From: an uncultured Candidatus Saccharibacteria bacterium
Lineage (GTDB): Bacteria; Patescibacteriota; Minisyncoccia; Phycocordibacterales; UBA5272
DNA: 59,568 nucleotides
Direction: 5' to 3'
NCBI GenBank assembly: GCA_964406165.1
Contig: CAYOQQ010000003.1
Span: 1-59,568 of the forward strand
Shown: one piece after another, positions 24,675 to 34,051 of the stretch
Position numbering within the stretch: position 1 is the first letter of the stretch
Layout of the letters: each line of letters opens with the position of its first letter
Notes under the pieces: generated by a model
The model's input: the letters and a program-made list of their open reading frames with translations, nothing else
Databases searched by the model: none
Told to the model about the DNA's origin: nothing
Position numbers and translations under genes: made by a program

Positions 24675-25463
24675 TTATAGTCCTGTAGTTATGTGGCCTT
24701 TTGCAGTGCGAACTTTTTCAATCATTTTTACAAAGGCGTCTTCAAGGTCACGGTGACCGTGGCTTAATTTTGCCGGTGTGTCAACAGCGAGGATTTCGCC
24801 ATTATCGATAACACCAACTTTGTCACACACTTCTGCAACGTCACCTAAGATGTGTGTATTAATAAAGATAGTCTTACCTTGTTTTTTGAGTGCTAGGATT
24901 ATTTTTTTAACTTCAGCACGACCAAGAGGGTCTAGTCCATCAAGTGGTTCATCTAAGAAAAGAATTTCCGGGTCATTAATAATTGCTTGAGCAAGTCCTA
25001 GTCTTTGGAGCATTCCTTTAGAATACGCACGAATACGCTTATCTTTTGCATGAGCAAGATTTACTTCTTTAAGAACGTTGTCAATTTTAGATTCTTTATT
25101 TTTTATTGTAAAGAGTGTTGCTACGAAGTCTAAAAATTCACCACCTGTTAAATATTGATAAAAAAGAGGGGATTCTGGCATGAACCCAAGAACCTGTTTT
25201 ACCTTTTGTTCATCAGGTGAACCTCCTTTAATGGTGATTGTTCCACTTGTTGGACGAGATAATCCTACAAGCATTTTTATGGTTGAGGTTTTCCCTGCAC
25301 CATTTGGGCCAATAAAACCAAACACTGTACCTTTCTCAACAGTAAGGGAGATATTTTTTACTACATGAGCTTTCTTCTTACCAGTGCCGTACGTCTTTGA
25401 AAGGTTGGAAATAATAATATCGTTCATGAATTCTATGGTATCAGAAATTGACTGACTTGACAA
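24675..25463 (-). CDS. ABC transporter ATP-binding protein. The probable start is the ATG at 25427.
   Basis: Walker A GPNGAGKTS, signature YSKGMLQRL, Walker B ILFLDEP. TTGTCA-N17-TACCAT lies 7 nt before the ATG at 25427. Confidence 0.9.
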   Translation of the reverse strand: MSSQSISDTIEFMNDIIISNLSKTYGTGKKKAHVVKNISLTVEKGTVFGFIGPNGAGKTSTIKMLVGLSRPTSGTITIKGGSPDEQKVKQVLGFMPESPLFYQYLTGGEFLDFVATLFTIKNKESKIDNVLKEVNLAHAKDKRIRAYSKGMLQRLGLAQAIINDPEILFLDEPLDGLDPLGRAEVKKIILALKKQGKTIFINTHILGDVAEVCDKVGVIDNGEILAVDTPAKLSHGHRDLEDAFVKMIEKVRTAKGHITTGL

Positions 25464-25494
25464 AAATAATTAACATGATATCATGGTATATGAA

Positions 25495-25893
25495 TGTTCG
25501 TTTAGGCTGGTAACCGAAATGTAGGGATTCCGGCCGGATCCCTGAAATAAAGTGAACATTCCCTGTAAGCATAAGGCACCCATTGGACCTACAGAGGACT
25601 AACCTCCTCCTGTGGCCAACGTGCAGATGTTATCAGGGCCTACCTGGCCCTGTTGCACTTCGTTTCGCAAACGTCGTGTGCAGCCGGTGTTAGTGACGCA
25701 CGGTAGAGGCGTGCGAGTCATCAGAAGAAGATCTTGCAGTTCTTCCTATAGGAGCAGATGGGACAAGAGGTATTCTTACGTGATGCGTGCAAGAGCGCGA
25801 CCGGTCGATGGAAATCTTTGGGGATTTAAGCCCCTCCATGCGACCGGTCGCGAGATCGGCAACAACAAACGAGATTCAGTTCTCGTTTTTTTT
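25495..25893 (+). ncRNA. Free-standing GC-rich structured RNA candidate (unclassified)
   Basis: Promoter TTGACA (25457-25462) plus TGGTATAT (25484-25491). Many stable hairpins, including a 17-bp stem (25796-25812 with 25835-25852). Terminator ACGAGA-TTCAGT-TCTCGT followed by T8. The overlapping tracked ORF is Arg/Cys/Ser-rich and does not look like a protein. Confidence 0.55.
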
Positions 25894-25947
25894 ATTGTTT
25901 ATACAACGAGGCACAAGAATGACTTAGTACTATATACTAGTAACTAT

Positions 25948-27048
25948 ATGAAATCTGTGTCCCTCTTAGCTCGTCTGTCCCGGTATTATTTTCTCAGTTT
26001 TGGAATTATTTTTGTAACAAGCTTTAATGTTATTTTCGCTCAAACAGAAGAAGCCACACAGGTAAAGCATTCTTATTTCGATACTCTTGCAAACATTGGC
26101 TGGCTACTTGGTACTACTACTATTATTTTTCTAATCTATTGGTGGGATAGACATAGTAAAGATGAAGAAGGGAAAGGGTTTGTTGCTCAAGATTATGAAG
26201 TGCCAGATAATTTAACACCAATTGAAGTGAGTGCTATCGTGTACCAAAAAGTTACGTATACTAGTATTTTTGCTGAATTGGTGTATCTAGCCACTAAAGG
26301 ATATATACAAATTAAACAGATAGATGTCCCGCTTGAGATGTACCCAGAAAAGATTGTTACGTATTCTAAGGGTGAATTTATGGGGAAAGACTTTGCGCTT
26401 ACACTCTGTAAACCACCATCTACGCTTACTAATCTTTTTGATAGAGTACTTCTTGAGCGAATTTTTGATTTTGGAATAACTGATGGTGGTGTTAGGATTG
26501 TGTACCTTTCACGAATTTCTGATTCATTTTATTACGATGCTGAACGAATAGGGGTTATGGCCTGTGAAGGATTGCTTCTTAAAGGATACTATAAATATTT
26601 AGGCAAGTTACGAAAAACGACATTACTTGGTATATTACCCAGCCATTTAATAGTGCCAATAAGTACCTATGTATCATATGTTGTGCTTTATGTGGCTTTG
26701 ATTGATGAATCATTTCGGGTCTTCTATTTTCTTTTTGGGGTTGTGGCTACTGTACTTGTTTTTGTATATATAAGTCCAGCCAAAACTCAAAAAGGAATGT
26801 ATGCAAAAGAATCATTACTCGGACTTAAGCAGTACATGAATGTTATTGAGAAGGATAGAATTTATTTTCATAATGCACCATATAAGCGTCCAGAACAGTT
26901 CGAGGAGTTACTTCCTTTTGCAATGGTGCTTGGAGTTGATCGTGCATGGGTACGAGAATTCGAAGGTATTTATACTAAACCGAATGCATTAAACTCAATA
27001 GATCTCGTCAGTCTTGCGAGCTGGTTGTCTACACCGTCACCACGATAA
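25948..27048 (+). CDS. DUF2207 C-terminal-half paralog (no ectodomain, no Gly tail)
   Basis: YEVPDNLTPIEVSAIVYQ..LVYLATKGYIQIKQI and ..YFHNAPYKRPEQFEELLPFAMVLGVD.. align with 20139..22046. TATACT lies 9 nt before the ATG. Confidence 0.7.
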   Translation: MKSVSLLARLSRYYFLSFGIIFVTSFNVIFAQTEEATQVKHSYFDTLANIGWLLGTTTIIFLIYWWDRHSKDEEGKGFVAQDYEVPDNLTPIEVSAIVYQKVTYTSIFAELVYLATKGYIQIKQIDVPLEMYPEKIVTYSKGEFMGKDFALTLCKPPSTLTNLFDRVLLERIFDFGITDGGVRIVYLSRISDSFYYDAERIGVMACEGLLLKGYYKYLGKLRKTTLLGILPSHLIVPISTYVSYVVLYVALIDESFRVFYFLFGVVATVLVFVYISPAKTQKGMYAKESLLGLKQYMNVIEKDRIYFHNAPYKRPEQFEELLPFAMVLGVDRAWVREFEGIYTKPNALNSIDLVSLASWLSTPSPR

Positions 27049-27138
27049 GATTTTGAATAATGTACTTAATAAAAAACTTTTATTAAAAGTAGTTATCAAC
27101 TAGTGGTAGTAGTGTGTTGAGGATATACTGTCATGTAT

Positions 27139-28200
27139 ATGGACAAAAAAATTCGCGTAGGTATTAATGGTTTTGGGCGTATCGGAAGAGCGTTCTTTAA
27201 AGTTGCTTTTGAACGTGACGATATGGAGGTGGTTGCAGTTAACGATTTAGGTGATGTGCATAATCTCGCATACCTTCTTCAATACGACACTGTATACCGC
27301 GTATCACATTTTGATGTGCATGCGGAGATACATGAAGATACTCATGAACAGTATCTTATTGTCGATAGTGAAGCTAAGACAATGAGAATAAAAGTGATCC
27401 AAGAAAAAGATCCTGCTACTATTCCTTGGGGAGAAAACGCGGTTGATGTTGTTGTTGAGTCTACTGGACTCTTTGTTGCATACGACAAAGCTTCAGCGCA
27501 CCTTAAGGGTGGGGCAAAAGCAGTCGTTATATCTGCTCCGGCTAAGAAAGGTGAAGATGAGTCTGTTAAGGGTGAAACTATCTTGCTTGGGGTTAATGAA
27601 GATAAGTTCGGTACATGCTCTGTAACCTCTAATGCATCATGTACAACTAACGCTTCATCTCCTGTTATTGCTATATTAGATGAAGCTATAGGTATCGAAA
27701 AAGCGATTTTAAATACAGTCCATTCATACACTGCATCACAAGGAATTGTTGATGGTCCTAATAAAAAAGATTTCCGCGAAGGGCGTGCAGCCGCACAGAA
27801 TATTGTGCCATCTTCAACTGGAGCTGCAATTGCAGTAACAAAAGCTTTTCCTAAGTTAGAAGGGCTCTTTGATGGTATCTCTATTCGTGTACCAACTCCA
27901 GCTGGGTCAATTGCTGATATTACGTTTATCTCTAAGCGACCAACAACAGTAGAAGAAGTTAATCAGGCACTGAAGGATGCATCTATTTCTGAGAGATGGA
28001 GTACGATTTTTCAATCAACAGAAGAAGAACTTGTATCAAGTGATATTCTAGGACTTCCATACGCATCAATCGCTGACCTTAAGATGACAAGAGTTGTTGG
28101 AGGTAACCTTGTAAAGGTGATGGCATGGTATGACAATGAGATGGGGTACACTCATACTCTTGTTGAACATGTGGCGAAGGTGGGCCAGAAGTTACAGTAA
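27139..28200 (+). CDS. gap: Glyceraldehyde-3-phosphate dehydrogenase, type I
   Basis: GINGFGRIGR and SNASCTTN motifs. TATACT (27124-27129) favours the ATG at 27139 over the ATG at 27133. Confidence 0.93.
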   Translation: MDKKIRVGINGFGRIGRAFFKVAFERDDMEVVAVNDLGDVHNLAYLLQYDTVYRVSHFDVHAEIHEDTHEQYLIVDSEAKTMRIKVIQEKDPATIPWGENAVDVVVESTGLFVAYDKASAHLKGGAKAVVISAPAKKGEDESVKGETILLGVNEDKFGTCSVTSNASCTTNASSPVIAILDEAIGIEKAILNTVHSYTASQGIVDGPNKKDFREGRAAAQNIVPSSTGAAIAVTKAFPKLEGLFDGISIRVPTPAGSIADITFISKRPTTVEEVNQALKDASISERWSTIFQSTEEELVSSDILGLPYASIADLKMTRVVGGNLVKVMAWYDNEMGYTHTLVEHVAKVGQKLQ

Positions 28201-28220
28201 ATTAATGTAGATAGGATAAT

Positions 28221-28264
28221 AAAAGAATAAGAGGGGTGCCGTAGGCACCCCTCTTATTCTTTTG
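28221..28264 (+). terminator. gap intrinsic terminator
   Basis: AGAATAAGAGGGGTGCC-GTA-GGCACCCCTCTTATTCT followed by TTT. Confidence 0.85.
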
Positions 28265-28296
28265 GTAAACTCGCTACCTAGGCTATACTTTTAATC

Positions 28297-28638
28297 ATGA
28301 AGCAAGTCGAAAGCTATGTAACGATAACTAAAGCAGAAGTTACAAAGGCACTTAAAGATAACAATTATATTTTCGTTCAGGGTCAAAATATACTCTTTGA
28401 ATATGATGATTATAGGACTGCTAATGTACAAGTATTTTTGGATTCTGTATTTAGTATTGTTGGAAAGGTTACTGCTTGTGCTGAAAAAGATAAGTACTAT
28501 ATTCTTTCTGATAGATTCGGTGGAGATGTTATTGAGCCATTCCAAGACTATGAAGACATTTCAGATAAGCTTGTAAATGACACTACCAAGATGAGTGATT
28601 TTATTGTTTCACTGTATAGCTCAAAATATGACATTTAA
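28297..28638 (+). CDS. Hypothetical protein (113 aa)
   Basis: TATACT lies 7 nt before the ATG. Overlaps the helicase start by 11 nt. Confidence 0.5.
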   Translation: MKQVESYVTITKAEVTKALKDNNYIFVQGQNILFEYDDYRTANVQVFLDSVFSIVGKVTACAEKDKYYILSDRFGGDVIEPFQDYEDISDKLVNDTTKMSDFIVSLYSSKYDI

Positions 28639-31600
28639 TCATCACGATAAGCGAAAATTTAATACTGCCCCACAAAATGATGGTGTAGCATCTGTCCCTA
28701 AACGAGCAACACCAGAACTACCTATTGATGCTCATCGAGAAAGTATTTTGGAAGCTGTTAAGAATAATCCGTCAGCGATTATTGTTGGTGAAACTGGATC
28801 TGGGAAAACAACCAAGACCCCAATCTTTCTTCTTGATGCATTTCCAGATAAAAGAATTGCTGTGACATCTCCTCGAGTGCTTCCTGCTCGTAGTGTATCT
28901 AAGTATGTAGCTGAACAGCGGGGCGGCTCGGTTGGTGGAGAAGTTGGCCTCATGACTCGAGAAACAAAAAAAGTAAGCCAAGAAACTCGAGCAACATTTA
29001 TGACTGACGGTATCCTACTTTCAATGCTCCGTAATGACCCAATGTTACGCGATCTTGATGTTGTTATGGTTGATGAAGCGCATGAGAGAACGATTAACAT
29101 TGATCTGACGTTGGGTCTTCTTAAGCAAGCGCAACGTTTACGTAAAGAAGCAGGTAAACCTGAACTTAAAGTTATCGTTACTTCAGCAACGATAGAAGAG
29201 CAAAAATTTGTTGATTACTTCGAAGCGGCTCCTGTTGCGAAAGTGCCTGGTAGAATGTATCCGGTGGAAGTTTTTTACTGTAAGCCAAAAGATAATGACA
29301 CTATTGCTGAAGCAGCAAGTGTGGTGAGCGATATATTAAAATCAAGAGATAGTGGTGATATTTTAATTTTTATGCCTGGCGAGGATGAAATTAAAAAAAC
29401 TATTGCCATAATTGAACTTATGTCAGATGCAGATGACATAGATGTGCTTCCTCTATACGGATCAATGAACCCGCAAGATCAAGATAAAATTTTTGATAGA
29501 AATGGTAAACGTAAAATCATTGTTTCAACAAATATTGCAGAAACATCAGTTACCATAGATGGGGTTAAGCACGTTATTGATGCCGGAGATCATAAGCAAA
29601 TTAATTATAATCCTGAGACTGGGATAAATGCCCTTGAACTTACTAAAGCTTCACAGGCTAACATGAACCAGCGTATGGGGCGTGCTGGAAGAACTGCACC
29701 CGGGAAATGTTATCGTCTTATTTCGAAGGAAGAGTTTGAGGAACGCGAAGCATTCCAAAAACCTGAGTTATTACGATCGGATCTTGGGGAAGTGGTTCTA
29801 CGAATGAAGGATATGGGGATACAAGATGTTGAGGGTTTTGATTTTATCGATAAGCCGTCAAGGGTAAGTGTTCACAGTGCTCTTGAGAGTTTGCAGCAAT
29901 TAGGGGCTCTTGATGAAAAGGGAGATATTACTGATATAGGTAAAGAGATGGCACGGCTCGCACTTCGTCCTGATCTATCTCGTATGCTTATTGAAGCTAA
30001 GCATCTAGGTACTTTACCTGAAATGATTGATCTCTGTTCAATGATGTCTGCAAGTAGACAAGTTTTTATAAAACCAAAAAACTTATCTGACCCCCTTGAT
30101 AATGAACGCATGAGAAGACAACAAGAATTAAAAGTACCAGGATCAGATCCTTTGACAAATCTAAATGTTTGGAATAAGTGGGTAGATTCTGGATACAGTA
30201 AGGATTTTGCAATTGACCGTTTACTTAATATGAAATCATTACGTGAAATTGGTCAAACAAGACTGCAGCTCCTAAGAGTTTTGGGTGTTGATGGTAACGG
30301 TACATATGAGCAGTATTCCACACCGGATAAGTTTAAGATTGCAAAGTGTTTGTTATCAGGCATACCGGATGCTCTTTTTTATTCTTCTGATAACGGTCGT
30401 AATTATAATCCATTATCTCTCGACCAGCACTTACAGGGTACTCGTATCTTCCCAGGATCATCTGTTTTTAAAGGTGGGGCAAAGCTAATGCTCGCAATGA
30501 ATATTACCAAGTCAGAAAAAAAGGATGATTACGGGGGTATTCAGTCAACACTTTACGCTCGAAATTGTCATAACATTACATTAGATGAGCTACGAAGAAT
30601 CCTCCCAGAAGGGTCTATCGTTGAAAAACCGGCTGGAGCTGTTTACTGGTCGTACACTTTGAATTCTTACGCACAAAGACAGGAAGTATTTATACATGGA
30701 ACATTGGTAACTACTACTGAAATTAAAGCTGAAGCTCCAGAAATGATTCAGGAAGACAGAAGTACTTACAGTTGGGGTCGTTCGGATACTTATACAAGAA
30801 TTGAAAGGCCGTTTGAAGCGTCTCCGTACATAGTGTCGGATTTATTCCCAGATCTTTCAGGAAAGAACCATGAAACAAGAAACACAATTCAAAGTTATTA
30901 TCGAAGAGCACCAGAAGATATACGCCTAGTAATGAAACGTAGAAATTTTCCTCTTGAAAACTCAACATATTATAGAGAAGTAATTGACTTGCTAAAACTA
31001 AAAACAAAAGAAGATTTTATTGCCAACAAAGATGCGTTTGAAATTAAGCTTCATGAGTATCTTACTCAAGAAGAGATAGCAAAAATTGAAGCAGAATCTC
31101 CAGAGAAAATAGTTACTGCAGGTAAAACTTTTAAAGTTAATTATGATGATCGTTTAGGTGGTGATAAAAAAATATCAATAATAATTGAGGACATAGAAGA
31201 TGTCAGTCATTTGCAAGGAGTTATCATGCCGTCTTTTGGTGGTGCGTCAGTTGTTTTCTCACTTAAAAAACCCCAAGTTGTAGCACGAGCAAGTAGATAT
31301 GATACAGGATTTTATATGAGATCGTATTCAAATACTACTCAAGATCAAACGGTTAAGTTTTCTAGTTTAAACGAATTGTTGAGTTACTATGAGCAAGAGA
31401 AGAAGGCCGAGGCTAAGCGTGCACGTAGACAAGAAAGAAAAGCGACAGAAGGGGCGGTGGCTGACAGTGGAGATGACCAGTCTGATTTAGATACGGCGCA
31501 AAAAGAGGTAACGCCAGCGAGTTCTCAGTTTGATCAGGTGGTAAAAAAGAATGAACAGAAAGAAAAAGTTGCTCCAGTATCTCTTGAAATAGCTGATATG

Positions 31601-32017
31601 CGAGGATTACTTTCATATGTACGTGGAGTAGCACAAGAGAAAAATGTTCGAGAGTTAAAAGATAAAGAAAAAGTACTAGATAGAATTAAGGAAATCTCTA
31701 GTAAGCTTTCACAATCAGCAAAAGAGTTAGAAGATGGAGGGGGTGGTGTCTTAAATCAAGGTACTGCAGCAGAGCTACTGCAATCACTACGTGCTCTTCT
31801 AAAAAGAATTGGCATGAGTCCTTCAAAAGCTGAACAGCTACCATATGTCTATAAACATAATAAGAACGCTCTTGTGGCATCACTTGAGCGAAATGAGGTC
31901 CCATTAGACGAAGAATTAGATAAAAAGATTACAACAAAGAGTGCTGACCGATCATTTGAGTCTGATGTTGTGTTTACTGATGATGAAGCAGATGAAATTA
32001 TCATTGAACTTGTGTAA
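28628..32017 (+). CDS. DEAH-box ATP-dependent RNA helicase (HrpA-like) with a long, charged C-terminal extension
   Basis: GETGSGKTT, DEAHER, SAT, TNIAETSVTI and QRMGRAGR motifs. The last 450 or so aa have no recognisable motif. Confidence 0.85.
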   Translation: MTFNHHDKRKFNTAPQNDGVASVPKRATPELPIDAHRESILEAVKNNPSAIIVGETGSGKTTKTPIFLLDAFPDKRIAVTSPRVLPARSVSKYVAEQRGGSVGGEVGLMTRETKKVSQETRATFMTDGILLSMLRNDPMLRDLDVVMVDEAHERTINIDLTLGLLKQAQRLRKEAGKPELKVIVTSATIEEQKFVDYFEAAPVAKVPGRMYPVEVFYCKPKDNDTIAEAASVVSDILKSRDSGDILIFMPGEDEIKKTIAIIELMSDADDIDVLPLYGSMNPQDQDKIFDRNGKRKIIVSTNIAETSVTIDGVKHVIDAGDHKQINYNPETGINALELTKASQANMNQRMGRAGRTAPGKCYRLISKEEFEEREAFQKPELLRSDLGEVVLRMKDMGIQDVEGFDFIDKPSRVSVHSALESLQQLGALDEKGDITDIGKEMARLALRPDLSRMLIEAKHLGTLPEMIDLCSMMSASRQVFIKPKNLSDPLDNERMRRQQELKVPGSDPLTNLNVWNKWVDSGYSKDFAIDRLLNMKSLREIGQTRLQLLRVLGVDGNGTYEQYSTPDKFKIAKCLLSGIPDALFYSSDNGRNYNPLSLDQHLQGTRIFPGSSVFKGGAKLMLAMNITKSEKKDDYGGIQSTLYARNCHNITLDELRRILPEGSIVEKPAGAVYWSYTLNSYAQRQEVFIHGTLVTTTEIKAEAPEMIQEDRSTYSWGRSDTYTRIERPFEASPYIVSDLFPDLSGKNHETRNTIQSYYRRAPEDIRLVMKRRNFPLENSTYYREVIDLLKLKTKEDFIANKDAFEIKLHEYLTQEEIAKIEAESPEKIVTAGKTFKVNYDDRLGGDKKISIIIEDIEDVSHLQGVIMPSFGGASVVFSLKKPQVVARASRYDTGFYMRSYSNTTQDQTVKFSSLNELLSYYEQEKKAEAKRARRQERKATEGAVADSGDDQSDLDTAQKEVTPASSQFDQVVKKNEQKEKVAPVSLEIADMRGLLSYVRGVAQEKNVRELKDKEKVLDRIKEISSKLSQSAKELEDGGGGVLNQGTAAELLQSLRALLKRIGMSPSKAEQLPYVYKHNKNALVASLERNEVPLDEELDKKITTKSADRSFESDVVFTDDEADEIIIELV

Positions 32018-32096
32018 CTATACACAAAGTACTTTGTGATTCTTTGCTATACTACATATATAGTATTTATTAACATAACAACCTACTCATACCTAT

Positions 32097-33074
32097 ATGA
32101 AGTTCTTTGATTCGTTTTGGAAAAAATCTTTTTATACAGAAGGAAAAGCTACTTCGTTCTGGGGCGCATTTGGAAAAGTTACACTCGTATCATTCGTACT
32201 TTCTATTGCGTATGCGATTGGTTTTTATGTAACTTTTGGAATTCACATCCCATCTTATATTTATTCGTACGGTGTTCAAGCATTAAGTGGATATCCTTCA
32301 GGGTTAGTGGTAACGATTGATCATGAAAAGATGACAAAGAATATTGAAGGTGCTATGTACTTGTACCCAATCCCGGAAGGTAAGGTGGGGAAGGTTCGTA
32401 TGGAAGAGGTTCTTCCGGAGTATCTTATTGCAATTAATGATAAAGAAAGTGTCTCACTTGAGGCATACCATAGATCTAATGCTCTTATTCTTCTTGGTAA
32501 AGATGGAATAGTAACACAAGGTAATCGTGAAGTTCAGATTATGTCTTACAAGGATGCATTACACACCGACGATTCTTTTGTTATTACAAAAGATACTGTT
32601 GTAGGAATGGTATCTGCAGTTAACATGTACGCACCATCATTACCATGGCTGATATTTGTAGGTATTATCATACTCTTCTCCATTTTTGCTCCGCTTGGGT
32701 ATCTTCTTATTACATTATTCAACGGTCTGGTTGTTATGCTCTTTGGTAAGAAGATTCTTAAGAAAGAAGCAACATATGGTGAATCATATGTATACGCAAT
32801 GTACGCTCTTGCACCAGTTATTATTATTACTTCAATACTCTCAGTTCTCCCGCTTATCCAGAATCTCGTTAATGTAATACCATTCCTTGGTACAGTCGGT
32901 GTTGTTATCTTCTTGTGGTATATGTTCACAAAAGACTCACCAAAAAAGATTACCGCTAAAAAAGAAAAGAAAGTAGCCACTGATTCAAAAACAATGAACC
33001 TCACTGCAAGTAAACTAATGTCAAAAAGTGTTACAAAAACAACTACAAGAAAGAAAAAAGTAGTAAAGGAGTAG
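32097..33074 (+). CDS. Polytopic membrane protein (DUF1189-like) with a Lys-rich tail
   Basis: The N-terminal pattern FFDSFWKKSFY..FWGAFGKVTLVSFVLS resembles DUF1189. Multiple TMs. Confidence 0.45.
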   Translation: MKFFDSFWKKSFYTEGKATSFWGAFGKVTLVSFVLSIAYAIGFYVTFGIHIPSYIYSYGVQALSGYPSGLVVTIDHEKMTKNIEGAMYLYPIPEGKVGKVRMEEVLPEYLIAINDKESVSLEAYHRSNALILLGKDGIVTQGNREVQIMSYKDALHTDDSFVITKDTVVGMVSAVNMYAPSLPWLIFVGIIILFSIFAPLGYLLITLFNGLVVMLFGKKILKKEATYGESYVYAMYALAPVIIITSILSVLPLIQNLVNVIPFLGTVGVVIFLWYMFTKDSPKKITAKKEKKVATDSKTMNLTASKLMSKSVTKTTTRKKKVVKE

Positions 33075-33105
33075 ATTTAAAAAATTATCGGGGTATACTA
33101 GACTT

Positions 33106-33564
33106 ATGAAATTATACGTAGCAACAGATCACGCAGGTTTTCAGTTAAAGGAAGAAATTAAAGCATACCTTGAAGAAAAAGGACACGAAGTATATGACTG
33201 TGGAGCTCTCACCCTTGAAGCCGGGGATGATTATCCAGAATATATGGTTCGTGCCGCTGAGTCGGTACAGAAAGATGCTATGCATGCACCGTCATATGCG
33301 ATTATATTCGGTGGATCAGGGCAAGGTGAGGCAATAGTTGCTAACAGATTCAGGCATGTGCGAGCAATTGTGTATGCAGGAGGTAATCTTGAGCTTATAA
33401 AACTTGGACGTGAACATAACGACGCTAACGTGCTTTCTATAGGTGCACGTTTCGTATCCACTTCTGAGGCTAAGCAGGCTATTGACCTTTTTCTGAATAC
33501 GGAGTTTACTCATGAAGAGCGTCATGCTGACAGAATTATACAAATCGAAGAATTAACAAAATAA
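33106..33564 (+). CDS. rpiB: Ribose-5-phosphate isomerase B
   Basis: The pattern KLYVATDHAGFQLKEEIKAYLEEKGHEVYDCG matches the RpiB/LacAB family. Confidence 0.88.
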   Translation: MKLYVATDHAGFQLKEEIKAYLEEKGHEVYDCGALTLEAGDDYPEYMVRAAESVQKDAMHAPSYAIIFGGSGQGEAIVANRFRHVRAIVYAGGNLELIKLGREHNDANVLSIGARFVSTSEAKQAIDLFLNTEFTHEERHADRIIQIEELTK

Positions 33565-33568
33565 TTGT

Positions 33569-33787
33569 ATGGATCCAAGCTTTAAATTTTTTTTAGTACT
33601 ACTTGTACTACTCGGTGTAGCGTCACTGTTCGTTCCGATTGTGACAAATCCTAATCCGGTGGATTGTAATAATTATCCAGACGGAACAGGTGGATATTAC
33701 TCTAAGTGTAAAGATGAGCACATTTCTATGTACAAAAAGTGGACTCTTCCAAAAGGGGTGCCTGAGACCAGACCGCGAACTTTCTAA
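33569..33787 (+). CDS. Small membrane-anchored Cys-containing protein (72 aa)
   Basis: One TM helix, then FVPIVTNPNPVDC..GTGGYYS. Paralog of 33802..33963. Confidence 0.45.
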   Translation: MDPSFKFFLVLLVLLGVASLFVPIVTNPNPVDCNNYPDGTGGYYSKCKDEHISMYKKWTLPKGVPETRPRTF

Positions 33788-33801
33788 ACGTATATATTAT
33801 T

Positions 33802-33963
33802 ATGAATACAAAAACTTCTTGGCTTCTCCTTGGTATTATTCTCATTGCTATTTTGTTTGTACCACTGATCCCGAGTGACACTCCTATTGAATGCACCGGT
33901 GCACTCGATAACTGTGATGAAGGTGCAGGTTACATCTCTGTCTATACAAAGTTTTTCCACTAG
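33802..33963 (+). CDS. Small membrane-anchored Cys-containing protein (53 aa), paralog of the previous gene
   Basis: My own translation is MNTKTSWLLLGIILIAILFVPLIPSDTPIECTGALDNCDEGAGYISVYTKFFH. Not in the ORF track. Confidence 0.4.
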   Translation: MNTKTSWLLLGIILIAILFVPLIPSDTPIECTGALDNCDEGAGYISVYTKFFH

Positions 33964-34051
33964 TTGTAGATTCTTTTCGGTCAGGTGTTGCTATACTTTG
34001 AGGAATAGTTAGTTGTAACTGTATTGTCTGATACACGTTATTGATTCACAT

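Noticed and set aside
25700-25740. Hammerhead ribozyme core, because CTGATGA is present on the minus strand.
   Set aside because: The helix that follows is not succeeded by the required GAAA, and no matching stem I/III arrangement is present.
25612-25947. N-terminal 112 codons of tracked ORF 25612..27048.
   Set aside because: The translation is Arg/Cys/Ser-rich and unlike a protein. It crosses a strong terminator. The paralog alignment and a TATACT-N9-ATG promoter support the start at 25948.
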